Shown: one piece after another, positions 17,090 through 25,515 of the stretch
How the letters are laid out: the number at the start of each line of letters is the position of its first letter
Numbering within the stretch: position 1 is the stretch's first letter
Source: a virus
Taxonomy: Duplodnaviria; Caudoviricetes
Virus record (IMG/VR): IMGVR_UViG_3300005259_000079
Location: 1 to 42,451 of that record
Direction: 5' to 3' (one strand)
DNA: 42,451 nucleotides
Notes under the pieces: generated by a model
What the model was told of the DNA's origin: nothing
Databases searched by the model: none
The model's input: only the letters and a program-made list of their open reading frames with translations
Position numbers and translations under genes: made by a program

Positions 17090-17472
17090 TGGAAACCGTA
17101 AATGCAGGATGGGCGCTCTGGCAGATATTGCTTATGCTTCTTGCAATTATGGCTTCCTGGAGCCTGATCATTATCGCCGCGCTGCGCGTTATGTTTACGC
17201 GGTCTCTAAAGACAATCGAAGACAAAATGTCGGAATTCGCCAAAACCGCAACAGCCTGCTCTGATCTGGAGAGGGAATTTTTAGAATTTAAGGCGGAACT
17301 TCCGCTCAAATACATGATGCGCGAGGATTTCATCCGGTTTGAGGTTGGCATCAATTACAAAATGGACAAGCTTCGTGATCTTTTTTCAGAAGGAATTAAA
17401 AGCAACTACAATGAATTACGAGGCTTTTTCATAGACTTACTCAAACAGACTAAAACAGGGGAAAGCAAATGA
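17089..17472 (+). CDS. Membrane-anchored coiled-coil protein (Mu gp25-like position)
   Basis: N-terminal TM; LP.KY.MREDFIR motif. Confidence 0.75.
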   Translation: METVNAGWALWQILLMLLAIMASWSLIIIAALRVMFTRSLKTIEDKMSEFAKTATACSDLEREFLEFKAELPLKYMMREDFIRFEVGINYKMDKLRDLFSEGIKSNYNELRGFFIDLLKQTKTGESK

Positions 17473-17774
17473 ATCCAATGGACATGACAAAAGCGAAAAC
17501 GGAAGAACTCCGCTGGCTGATTCTGGAGGCGCTCAACGCCGCGCGTCCCGTGGGCACCACAGAAGCCATTATCCGGCGCGCCATTGATTCCGTCGTTCCC
17601 GGTGTGACCGAACACGAAATCCGCTGCGAGTTGGACTATCTCAAAGAACGTTCGCTGATAGATCTTGAAAGCAATAAACCTGTCTGGTTTGCCAAGATCA
17701 ACCGCTACGGCATCGACATCGTTGAATACACTGTCGATTGCCATCCGGGTATCGCACGCCCGGCTAAATGGTGA
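17469..17774 (+). CDS. Mu gp26-like protein
   Basis: RW.IL.AL.ARP.G...E.R.ELDYL.ER.L...G.D.VEYTV...PGIARP. Confidence 0.85.
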   Translation: MNPMDMTKAKTEELRWLILEALNAARPVGTTEAIIRRAIDSVVPGVTEHEIRCELDYLKERSLIDLESNKPVWFAKINRYGIDIVEYTVDCHPGIARPAKW

Positions 17775-17778
17775 GGAT

Positions 17779-18306
17779 ATGCCGCAACGCTCAAAAATCA
17801 TCCAGCTTCCGCAGGAAATCAAAGCCACCCTGGACCGCATGCTCATCGAGCGCGGTTTTTCCGGCTATGACCAGCTGGCGGAAGTTGTAAACGGTCAGCT
17901 GGCGCAAGCAGGCTATGAAATCACCGTGTCGCGCTCGGGCCTACACCGTTACGGGCAGGACTTTGAAGAGCGCCTCGCGGCGATTTCGATGGCCACAGAA
18001 CAAGCAAGGGCCGTAGCCGACGCCGCCCGTGACGATGAAAACAACATGAACGAAGCCCTCATCCGCCTGGTGCAGACCAAAGCCTTTGAAGCACTGGTGG
18101 ATGCAGAAAACCCGGAAAGCCTGTCCAAAATGGGCGTCATGATCGCCAAACTCAGCAAGGCCAGCGTCGATCAGAAAAAGTGGATGAATGAAATTCGGGC
18201 CAAAGCAAAGCAGGCTGCAGACGAAGTCGTTAAAACCGTCAAACAGGGCGGCATGAGTGAGGCCACCGCGCAGGAAATAAGAAAGAGAATTCTGGGGATC
18301 GTTTAA
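17779..18306 (+). CDS. Terminase small subunit, Mu gp27 / DUF3486
   Basis: MP.RSKI..LP.E....L...L....F.GY..L...VSRSGLHRYG; C-terminal IR..ILGI; SD GAGG. Confidence 0.88.
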   Translation: MPQRSKIIQLPQEIKATLDRMLIERGFSGYDQLAEVVNGQLAQAGYEITVSRSGLHRYGQDFEERLAAISMATEQARAVADAARDDENNMNEALIRLVQTKAFEALVDAENPESLSKMGVMIAKLSKASVDQKKWMNEIRAKAKQAADEVVKTVKQGGMSEATAQEIRKRILGIV

Positions 18307-18488
18307 TGAATCCATTTTTGATTTTTCCATACTTGATGATGCACTCAGAAATTAATGGCCGAATCTGGAATGGCCCTGAGTTGCGCAACGCACCCATTCA
18401 TAGAGGCGGCCGGAAAACATTCAAGATGAACCGTCGCAAAGAACTGAAGATCAGCGCCCGGCGAAAAGCAAGAGGGAGAAAATTATGA
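18306..18488 (+). CDS. Small basic hypothetical protein
   Basis: TAATG and ATGA coupling on both sides; Arg/Lys-rich C-terminus. Confidence 0.55.
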   Translation: MNPFLIFPYLMMHSEINGRIWNGPELRNAPIHRGGRKTFKMNRRKELKISARRKARGRKL

Positions 18489-18790
18489 TTAAGCCAACCG
18501 TAGGAAGAGTGGTTTTATACACACCAAATCAAGGAAGTCCGGATGAAACACTTGCAAAAGGAACCGGAAAGCTTGCAGCGATTATAACAAACGTTTGGTC
18601 AGATACGTGCGTTAATCTCGCTGTTTTTGATGCTAACGGCATAGCGACAAACCGCACATCTGTCCTTCTTGTCCAGGAAGGAAATCCCATCCCGACAGGC
18701 GGTTTTTATTGCGAGTGGATGGAACATCAAAAAGGACAGGCTGCTAAAACTGAAGAATTGGAAGAGAAATTAAAGCAACACCAATTATAA
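18485..18790 (+). CDS. Conserved phage hypothetical protein
   Basis: MIKPTVGRVV.Y...AAIIT.VW...VNL.VFD.NG motif common in phage genomes. Confidence 0.75.
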   Translation: MIKPTVGRVVLYTPNQGSPDETLAKGTGKLAAIITNVWSDTCVNLAVFDANGIATNRTSVLLVQEGNPIPTGGFYCEWMEHQKGQAAKTEELEEKLKQHQL

Positions 18791-18803
18791 AACGGGGAAA
18801 CTG

Positions 18804-20351
18804 ATGACCGACCAGACCGCATATAACGAACTTGACCAGACGCGTACTGCGCCGCCCGGCATCCTGCTGTCCTATCAGCAGCGATGGGTGGCCGACCAGG
18901 CCCCGGTCAAATTCATCGAAAAATCGCGCCGTGTCGGCATCTCCTGGGGCGAAGCGGCGGACGATACACTCTATGCTTCCGAAAAAGGCAAAGGCGAAAA
19001 ACGCAACGTCTGGTACATCGGCTACACAAAAGACATGGCGCTGGAATTCATTAACGATTGCGCAAACTGGGCACGCGCCTATAACATGGCAGCATCCGCC
19101 ATCGAAGAATATGAAGAACCGGATGAAGATGAAAACGGCATCGTCCAGGAAAAGAAAATCCTGGCCTATAAAATCACCTTCGAATCCGGCTGGCGCATTA
19201 CCGCCCTTTCCAGCCGTCCCACCAACCTGCGCGGTAAGCAGGGCCGCGTCGTGATTGATGAAGCCGCGTTCCATGACGATCTTCCGGGACTCCTCAAAGC
19301 CGCAATGGCGCTCTTAATGTGGGGCGGACAGGTTCGCGTCATCTCAACACATTTTGGAGATCAAAACGAATTCAATTCCGTCATCCAGGATATACGCGCC
19401 GGGAAAAAACCCTATAGCCTTCACCGCATAACCTTTGACGATGCCCTGGAAGACGGCCTGTATCGTCGGATTTGTGAAGTCCTGGACAAACCCTGGTCTG
19501 CTGAAGCAGAGACCGCCTGGCGGCAGAGCATCATCGATTCCTATGGAGACGACGCCGAGGAAGAACTCTTTTGCGTGCCCAGCCAGGGTACAGGCGTCTG
19601 GCTTACCCGAGCTATCATCGAAAAATGCTTGAATGCCGACATTCCGGTCATCCGCTATGAAAAGTCCGCATCCTTTGCCGAACTGCCCGATGTCGTCCGC
19701 TGGGCCGAAGTAAACGACTGGTGTGAAGAAACATTATTGCCGCACCTGGCTGAGCTGGATCCGCTCCAGAATTCTGTCGTCGGAGAAGACTTTGCCCGCA
19801 CCGGCGACCTCACCGTCATCAAGCCGTTGCTTGAACAGCAAAATGCCTCCTGGCGGGCGCTTTTTCACCTGGAGCTGCGCAATATCCCGTTTCAACAACA
19901 GGAGCAAATTGTTTACTACATCATCGATTCCCTGCCCCGCTTCCGCTACGGCGCTTTTGACGCGCGCGGCAATGGTCAGTACCTTGCCGAGCGCGCCATG
20001 CAGCGCTATGGGTCGGACCGCATTGCCCAGGTCATGATCACCGAACAATGGTACCGCGATGCCATGCCGGCTTATAAGGCAGCTTTTGAAGATCAAACCA
20101 TCACGGACGCAAAGGATGCCGACCTAATTGACGATCACCGCGCCGTCAAAATGATACGCGGCGTCGCCAAAGTTCCGGAAGGACGCCAAAAAGGCAAAGA
20201 CGACAAAAAACGCCACGGCGATTCCGCCATTGCCGGCGCAATGGCCTGGTATGCCACCCGCGCCGAATGGGGCGGCGAAATCGAATTTGAAAGCACCGGC
20301 ACGGCCAGAGTAACCGCCAGCGCGAGTATGTCAAATTTCATGAGCAATTAA
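18804..20351 (+). CDS. Terminase large subunit, Mu gp28-like
   Basis: LL.YQQRW, EKSRRVGISW, NLRGKQG.VVIDEAAFH, G.DFARTGD, RHGDSAIA. Confidence 0.95.
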   Translation: MTDQTAYNELDQTRTAPPGILLSYQQRWVADQAPVKFIEKSRRVGISWGEAADDTLYASEKGKGEKRNVWYIGYTKDMALEFINDCANWARAYNMAASAIEEYEEPDEDENGIVQEKKILAYKITFESGWRITALSSRPTNLRGKQGRVVIDEAAFHDDLPGLLKAAMALLMWGGQVRVISTHFGDQNEFNSVIQDIRAGKKPYSLHRITFDDALEDGLYRRICEVLDKPWSAEAETAWRQSIIDSYGDDAEEELFCVPSQGTGVWLTRAIIEKCLNADIPVIRYEKSASFAELPDVVRWAEVNDWCEETLLPHLAELDPLQNSVVGEDFARTGDLTVIKPLLEQQNASWRALFHLELRNIPFQQQEQIVYYIIDSLPRFRYGAFDARGNGQYLAERAMQRYGSDRIAQVMITEQWYRDAMPAYKAAFEDQTITDAKDADLIDDHRAVKMIRGVAKVPEGRQKGKDDKKRHGDSAIAGAMAWYATRAEWGGEIEFESTGTARVTASASMSNFMSN

Positions 20352-20367
20352 CAAACAGGCAAACATT

Positions 20368-23091
20368 ATGGCAGAAGAAACAAAAAATCCGTTAGCCCCT
20401 ACCGACGAAATCGCTACCCTCGAAAAGGATATCGAAATATTTTCAGGGTGGATCAAGCGCCTGGAAAATCCCGACCCCGTCCTGCGCAGCGAAGCGGCTG
20501 GAAAAGGCATTAAACTATACGACGAAGTGGACCGCGACGCCCATGCGGGCAGCGTGCTACAGCAGAGAATCATGGCCGTAGTTGGCAAGGAATGGCAAAT
20601 TCTTCCGGCCAAATCCGCGCGAAAGGCTGGCCGTCCCGCTTCCACCACACAGGAACAAACTATCGCCGAATTCGTTTCGAACGTTTTGTCGACGTGCAAT
20701 TTTGACCAGGCGCGGCAGGAACTGCTCAAGGCCATCCTCTATGGACATTATGAAGCGGAAATTATTTGGCAGGCAGAAAAAGACAGCAATGTCCAGAATT
20801 CAAGCCTGCGAATCAAGAAAATCATCGGCAAACATCCGCGCCGTTTCATCTTCACCGCCGAAAGAGAATTGCGCCTGCTGACCCGCAATAACATGATCGA
20901 AGGCGAATCCATTCCGGACAGGAAGTTTTTATCCTTCGGATATGGCGATTCCGACAACCCCTATGGTTGCGGCCTGGGAAGGCGTTTGTGGTGGCCGGTC
21001 TGGTTTAAAAAGCACGGCATCAAATTCTGGATGATCTTCCTGGAAAAATTCGGCATGCCCACCGTCGTCGGTAAATACCCCAGCGGCACCCTGCCCAAAA
21101 AGCAGGAAGAATTGATGGCCGCTATCAATGCCATCCAGACCGATACCGGCGTTAAAATACCCGAAACAATGGATATCGACCTGCTGGAAGCCACCAGGGC
21201 GGGCACTGTCACGCATGAGCAGCTCTGTGAGTATATGGACCGGCAGATATCCAAAGCCGTCTTGGGCCAAACCGCATCCACAGACGGCACACCCGGTAAA
21301 CTCGGCAATGACCAAAACCAGAGCGATGTTCGGCAGGAAATTGTCGAAGCCGACGCCGATCTGCTCGATAGCTACACAAACGAAACCCTGATCCGGTGGA
21401 TTGTCGACTTTAACTTTCCCAACGTAACCGCCTATCCTACAATTAAGACTTTCGCCAACGCCAAGCCGGATCTGACCGCCCGCGTAAGCGTAGACAAGAC
21501 TTTGGTGGTCGACATCGGCCTCCCGGTCGGCAAGTCATATTTTTACGAAACCTATGGCATCCCCGAACCTGCCCCCGGAGAAGACCTGGTCGAAGTGCGG
21601 CAATTATCCGCCTGGCCCAGCGATTCCTCCGGCGTCATTCCCGCAAAGGCGGGAATCCAGCAAGGTAAGGAATTCGCCGAAGGCGACTCCACTGACGTAG
21701 CCGACTATCTTGCCGCCGAACTGGCCGCCGCCTCTATGCCCAATACGGACGCCATGATGGTTCGGCTCAAAAAACTGACTGGCAGCGCCAAGTCCCTGGA
21801 AGATCTGCGCGACGGCATTATCGATATTTTTTCAGACATGAACCCGGCGGATCTGGGCAATACCATCGCCCGCGCCATGATGCTGGCCGAAATGTCCGGC
21901 CGTTATGAAGTTGCCGACGAAACCGGCATCTTGCAGGAAAAAAAAAGCCCGAAATTCGCTGAGGGCATAGCGCCATCGTTGATGGCCGTCTTTAAACTTC
22001 CGTTTAAAGAGCAGGAAAAGTTCTTTCAAAACAAGCTGAATATTCCGACCGAAAAATGGACGGACCTCTGGAAAGACCTGCACGCCAAAGGCTTCATGGT
22101 CGCAGGCGCATACAAAGCGGAATTGCTGACCGATTTCAGAGGTGTGGTGGACAAAGCCATTACCCAGGGCACCACGCTTGCCGACTTCCGGAAAGACTTT
22201 GACCGCATCGTCTCCCAGCACGGCTGGAGCTACAACGGCAGCCGCAACTGGCGCAGTGAAGTCATCTATTCCACCAACATCCGCACCGCTTATGCGGCAG
22301 GTCGCTGGGAGCAACTTCAGGATCCGGATATCATCAAAGCTTATCCGTACCTGGAATACCGCCACGGCGACAGCAAAAAGCCCCGCCCGCAGCACTTGGC
22401 ATGGAACGGCCTGGTCCTTCTCCGCGATGACGACTTCTGGAAAACGCATTATCCGCCCAACGGCTGGGGATGCAAATGCAAGGTCATCGCCGCCACAAAG
22501 CGCGACCAGAAAAAAGCGGCGGAAAACGGGAAAACCGAAGCGCCACCGGAGAAGATCGACAAGAAAACCGGCGAACCGGCCGGCATCGACAAAGGCTGGG
22601 GATATAATGTGGGTGCAGCGGCAGAGGAAAACGGTTACCGGGTGCTGGTGGATAAATTCGAAACGCTGCCTAACGATATAGCCCGCAAATGGATGGCGTC
22701 TTATGTGAACGAACCGGCGTTCGAGCGTTTCATATCCGGAGAAATCAAGGGCGAATTCCCTGTGGCGGTCATGGATGAACAAACGCAAGAAGCCATCAGT
22801 GCTCAGGCGCAGACGATATGGCTAAGTGATGAAACGCTGACTGAGCACTTAAAAAGACACCCGGAAATCGGCCTGGATCAATACAGGCTGCTGCCGGAAA
22901 TCATTAACGACGGCGAAGTCTACAAGCAAGGCGATGTAAAACTGATTTATTTGTGGCGCGACGGGAAACTCTATCGCGCAGGCGTCAAAAGAACTCGGGA
23001 CAAAAGCGGAAACTACATTCTGACGCTGTTTGAAACAACAGACAAAACGGCGCTGAAAAACGTAAGGGGAAAATATGAAAGGATTCGTTGA
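20368..23091 (+). CDS. Fused portal (Mu gp29/DUF935) + MuF (gp30) head protein + C-terminal PBECR-type putative RNase
   Basis: Portal motifs NPYG.GL, FLEKFGMP..VGKY, ISKAVLGQT to about aa 520; MuF motifs LPF.EQ..FF..K, YSTN.RTAY.AGR, RPQH.AW.G, YPPNGWGC.C; C-terminal H..RHPEI....Y..LP.II..G...LTLF. Confidence 0.88.
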   Translation: MAEETKNPLAPTDEIATLEKDIEIFSGWIKRLENPDPVLRSEAAGKGIKLYDEVDRDAHAGSVLQQRIMAVVGKEWQILPAKSARKAGRPASTTQEQTIAEFVSNVLSTCNFDQARQELLKAILYGHYEAEIIWQAEKDSNVQNSSLRIKKIIGKHPRRFIFTAERELRLLTRNNMIEGESIPDRKFLSFGYGDSDNPYGCGLGRRLWWPVWFKKHGIKFWMIFLEKFGMPTVVGKYPSGTLPKKQEELMAAINAIQTDTGVKIPETMDIDLLEATRAGTVTHEQLCEYMDRQISKAVLGQTASTDGTPGKLGNDQNQSDVRQEIVEADADLLDSYTNETLIRWIVDFNFPNVTAYPTIKTFANAKPDLTARVSVDKTLVVDIGLPVGKSYFYETYGIPEPAPGEDLVEVRQLSAWPSDSSGVIPAKAGIQQGKEFAEGDSTDVADYLAAELAAASMPNTDAMMVRLKKLTGSAKSLEDLRDGIIDIFSDMNPADLGNTIARAMMLAEMSGRYEVADETGILQEKKSPKFAEGIAPSLMAVFKLPFKEQEKFFQNKLNIPTEKWTDLWKDLHAKGFMVAGAYKAELLTDFRGVVDKAITQGTTLADFRKDFDRIVSQHGWSYNGSRNWRSEVIYSTNIRTAYAAGRWEQLQDPDIIKAYPYLEYRHGDSKKPRPQHLAWNGLVLLRDDDFWKTHYPPNGWGCKCKVIAATKRDQKKAAENGKTEAPPEKIDKKTGEPAGIDKGWGYNVGAAAEENGYRVLVDKFETLPNDIARKWMASYVNEPAFERFISGEIKGEFPVAVMDEQTQEAISAQAQTIWLSDETLTEHLKRHPEIGLDQYRLLPEIINDGEVYKQGDVKLIYLWRDGKLYRAGVKRTRDKSGNYILTLFETTDKTALKNVRGKYERIR

Positions 23092-23190
23092 ACGTGTGCG
23101 GGATCGGCAACTATCCCCGCTTCGCACTCATCATCCGGAATCCCGGAAGGTGTCGGCAGCCTGTGGCCGAAACGCGTCAACAAATCCTTT
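23078..23190 (-). ncRNA. Candidate ~113-nt structured small RNA behind the MuF-nuclease gene
   Basis: Closing stem 23078-23097/23172-23190 enclosing three hairpins; starts about 7 nt downstream of a minus-strand -10 box. Confidence 0.6.
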
Positions 23191-23197
23191 GAACGTA

Positions 23198-23225
23198 ATT
23201 TTAACACAGGCGGCATCAGAGTCAA
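23198..23225 (-). promoter_or_regulatory. Leftward sigma70 promoter for the small RNA
   Basis: TTGACT (23225-23220), 16 bp, TAAAAT (23203-23198) with extended -10 TG. Confidence 0.7.
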
Positions 23226-23234
23226 GGGGCAATA

Positions 23235-23741
23235 TTGGAACTGAAATTTGAAATCAGAGACTCGGGCATCGATGGCGTCCTGGAGCGGATCGCCCGCAAG
23301 GGCGGCGACACATCGGTGGCTCTCAAAATCATCGGCGAACGCATCGTTCGCCAGACTGATGACCGCTGGACCCGCAATGTGGATCCGGACGGCCGCCCCT
23401 GGGTTTTGCCTAAAGCTTCCAGCTGGCGCAAGAAAAAAAGCCCTCTCACCCTGGTTGAAAGCGGTCACTTGCGCAATTCCATCCGCTGGCAGGTCGACGG
23501 CAATGTGCTGAGAGTCGGCACAAACCTGATTTATGCGCGTATTCAGCATGAAGGCGGCAAGACCAAAGCGCACGACATTCGGCCCATCGAGAAAAAAGCG
23601 CTGGCCTGGCCGGGCGGCAGGCACCCTGTGCGAGTTGTTCATCATCCCGGATCAAATATTCCGTCGCGTCGGTTTCTGGGCATTGGCCGGGCGGATTCGG
23701 CGGATATTGTCGAAGTGCTGACCGACTGGCTGGAATGCTAA
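23235..23741 (+). CDS. Virion morphogenesis protein, Mu gpG (gp31)-like
   Basis: DPDG.PW..., L..SG.L.NSI, VGTNL.YA.IQH.GG, IP.RRFLGI; TTG start. Confidence 0.88.
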   Translation: MELKFEIRDSGIDGVLERIARKGGDTSVALKIIGERIVRQTDDRWTRNVDPDGRPWVLPKASSWRKKKSPLTLVESGHLRNSIRWQVDGNVLRVGTNLIYARIQHEGGKTKAHDIRPIEKKALAWPGGRHPVRVVHHPGSNIPSRRFLGIGRADSADIVEVLTDWLEC

Positions 23742-23748
23742 ATTCGAT

Positions 23749-23800
23749 GTAGCGCGGGTCTTCAGACCCGCCTGAAAGCGCGGCTAAAGACCCGCACTAG
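23749..23800. repeat. GTAG-family REP-like element, same family as host 2769-2840
   Basis: GTAGCGCGGGTCTTCAGACCCGCC versus host GTAGTACGGGTCT...TAGACCCGCC. Confidence 0.65.
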
Positions 23801-23812
23801 GAGGTAACATAA

Positions 23813-25012
23813 ATGAATTTCAAAGGTTTTGATGACTGGATTCCTATTTTCCGTGGCGGCAAGCAGATTGACTCTGCAGGCCATGATCACGATGGCGATG
23901 CCCTGATTGAAAAGGCGCTGGCCAAGTTCAACACGGCAACACACGAACCCCCCGCCTGTGTCGGCCATCCGGAAGACAATAAGCCGGCCTATGGGTGGGT
24001 TGAAGGGCTCAAAAAAGGCAAAGATAAGCTGGGAACAATCCTGCTGGCCAAATTCAAGCAGGTTGAACCCACTTTCGGCCAAATGGTCAAGGAAGGCCGG
24101 TTTAAAAAGCGCAGTTCCGCTTTTTATCCCGATGGAACCCTCCGGCATGTCGCTTTTCTGGGGGCCATGCCTCCGGCGGTTAAGGGTCTGCCTGACGTTG
24201 CTTTTGCCGAAGGCGAAGCGGCCAGTTTCGAGTTTTCCGAAGAATATGCATTGAATTCAATAGCAGATTTATTCCGTAACATGCGGGAATGGCTGATAGA
24301 AAAATTCGGCCAGGATGTCGCGAATAAAATCATCCCGGATTGGCAAATTGAAGGTTTGAGGTCGGCTGCAGATGATGAGGCCGACGAATCCCAAAACACA
24401 TCATCAACAGCAATTTATTCCGATAAGGAGGATAACCCTATGACGTTTAAACAGAAATTAGAGGCTTTTTTCAGCGAATTACTGAAGAAAATGCCGGACG
24501 ACGGCCCCGGATCCACCACAACCACCACCCAGGGCAAGCAGTTTTCCGAAGCCGACCTGGAGAGGGTCAAAAGAGAGGCGGCAGACGCCGAACGCGAAAA
24601 AGTGACCGCAGAATTCAACGAGAAGGCGAAAAAAACTCGCGAGGACGGCCTCAGGGGAGAGATTTCCGCATTTTGCGACTCATTAGTCGCTCAGGGACGC
24701 ATTTTGCCCGCCACGGTCAAATTTGGGCTTCCGGAAATCCTTTTTGCCCTGGGGCAGCGGGAAGAAACAATCGAATTTGGAGAAACAAAAGAAAAAGCAA
24801 CCGTTTACGACCGTTTTAAGGCGCTCCTGTCCGCAGCCAAGCCCCTGGTAGCCTTCAGCGAGATCGCTACCAGGGACAAAGATGCCGGCGATACCGGGCA
24901 TGATCAGCGCGAGCAGGCTATCCAGAAATACATGGAGACAAACAAGGCCGACTACAAAACAGCCGTCCTGGCTGTCTCTAAAGATCAGCCGGCATTATTT
25001 TCCGAACGATAA
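23813..25012 (+). CDS. Prohead protease with nested scaffold (internal start 24440), Mu gpI/Z-like organisation
   Basis: WI.IFR.G, VGHP....PAYGWV..L, FKKRS, LRHVAFLGA.PPAVKGL; AAGGAGG SD before in-frame ATG 24440. Confidence 0.88.
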   Translation: MNFKGFDDWIPIFRGGKQIDSAGHDHDGDALIEKALAKFNTATHEPPACVGHPEDNKPAYGWVEGLKKGKDKLGTILLAKFKQVEPTFGQMVKEGRFKKRSSAFYPDGTLRHVAFLGAMPPAVKGLPDVAFAEGEAASFEFSEEYALNSIADLFRNMREWLIEKFGQDVANKIIPDWQIEGLRSAADDEADESQNTSSTAIYSDKEDNPMTFKQKLEAFFSELLKKMPDDGPGSTTTTTQGKQFSEADLERVKREAADAEREKVTAEFNEKAKKTREDGLRGEISAFCDSLVAQGRILPATVKFGLPEILFALGQREETIEFGETKEKATVYDRFKALLSAAKPLVAFSEIATRDKDAGDTGHDQREQAIQKYMETNKADYKTAVLAVSKDQPALFSER

Positions 25013-25045
25013 ACATAATAAAATCAGTAAGGAGGATTATAAATC

Positions 25046-25429
25046 ATGTGGGGACAAACAAGCGGTATCGAAAAATCGGCAAAATGCACAGCGGCGGTTA
25101 CGGCGTTTACCTTTGCCAAATTTGGGTCGGATGACAGCACCCTGTCTATCGCCACTACTTCGGCCAGTGACAGCCTTGTGGGAATTTTTCAGCATGCTAC
25201 ATCCAACGCCGGCGACGAAGTCCGCACCATGCTCACAGGCATCAGCCGCATCAAACTGGGCGGCACCGTCACTCGCGGTCAGAAATTGACTTGTGACGGA
25301 TCCGGGCAGGGAGTAGCTGCGGCACCGTCCGCCGGATCCAATGTGCATGTTGGAGCAATAGCCCTGGCGTCCGGCGTATCCGGCGACATCATCCCCTGCC
25401 TGCTCATGCCGTCGGTCATGCAGGGATAA
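25046..25429 (+). CDS. Capsid decoration/cement protein (DUF2190-like)
   Basis: Small Gly/Ala-rich beta protein, GG.VTRG..LT.D..G..V, G.AL.SG..GDII; directly before the MCP. Confidence 0.75.
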   Translation: MWGQTSGIEKSAKCTAAVTAFTFAKFGSDDSTLSIATTSASDSLVGIFQHATSNAGDEVRTMLTGISRIKLGGTVTRGQKLTCDGSGQGVAAAPSAGSNVHVGAIALASGVSGDIIPCLLMPSVMQG

Positions 25430-25458
25430 AATTTTAAATCAACGCCATAGGCTTCAAA

Positions 25459-25497
25459 ACAGACCTGACAGTCTTTTGACCTACAGACTAACAGCCT
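25459..25497. repeat. Degenerate ACAG(A/T/C)C short tandem repeats
   Basis: ACAGACC-TGACAGTCT ... CTACAGACT-AACAGCCT between the decoration and MCP genes. Confidence 0.4.
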
Positions 25498-25515
25498 TTT
25501 AAGGAGGATCAAACA

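Noticed and set aside
21832-22788. 318-aa minus-strand ORF and similar long antisense ORFs in the late region
   Set aside because: They lie opposite well-supported genes, lack SD and recognisable motifs, and are expected from codon bias.
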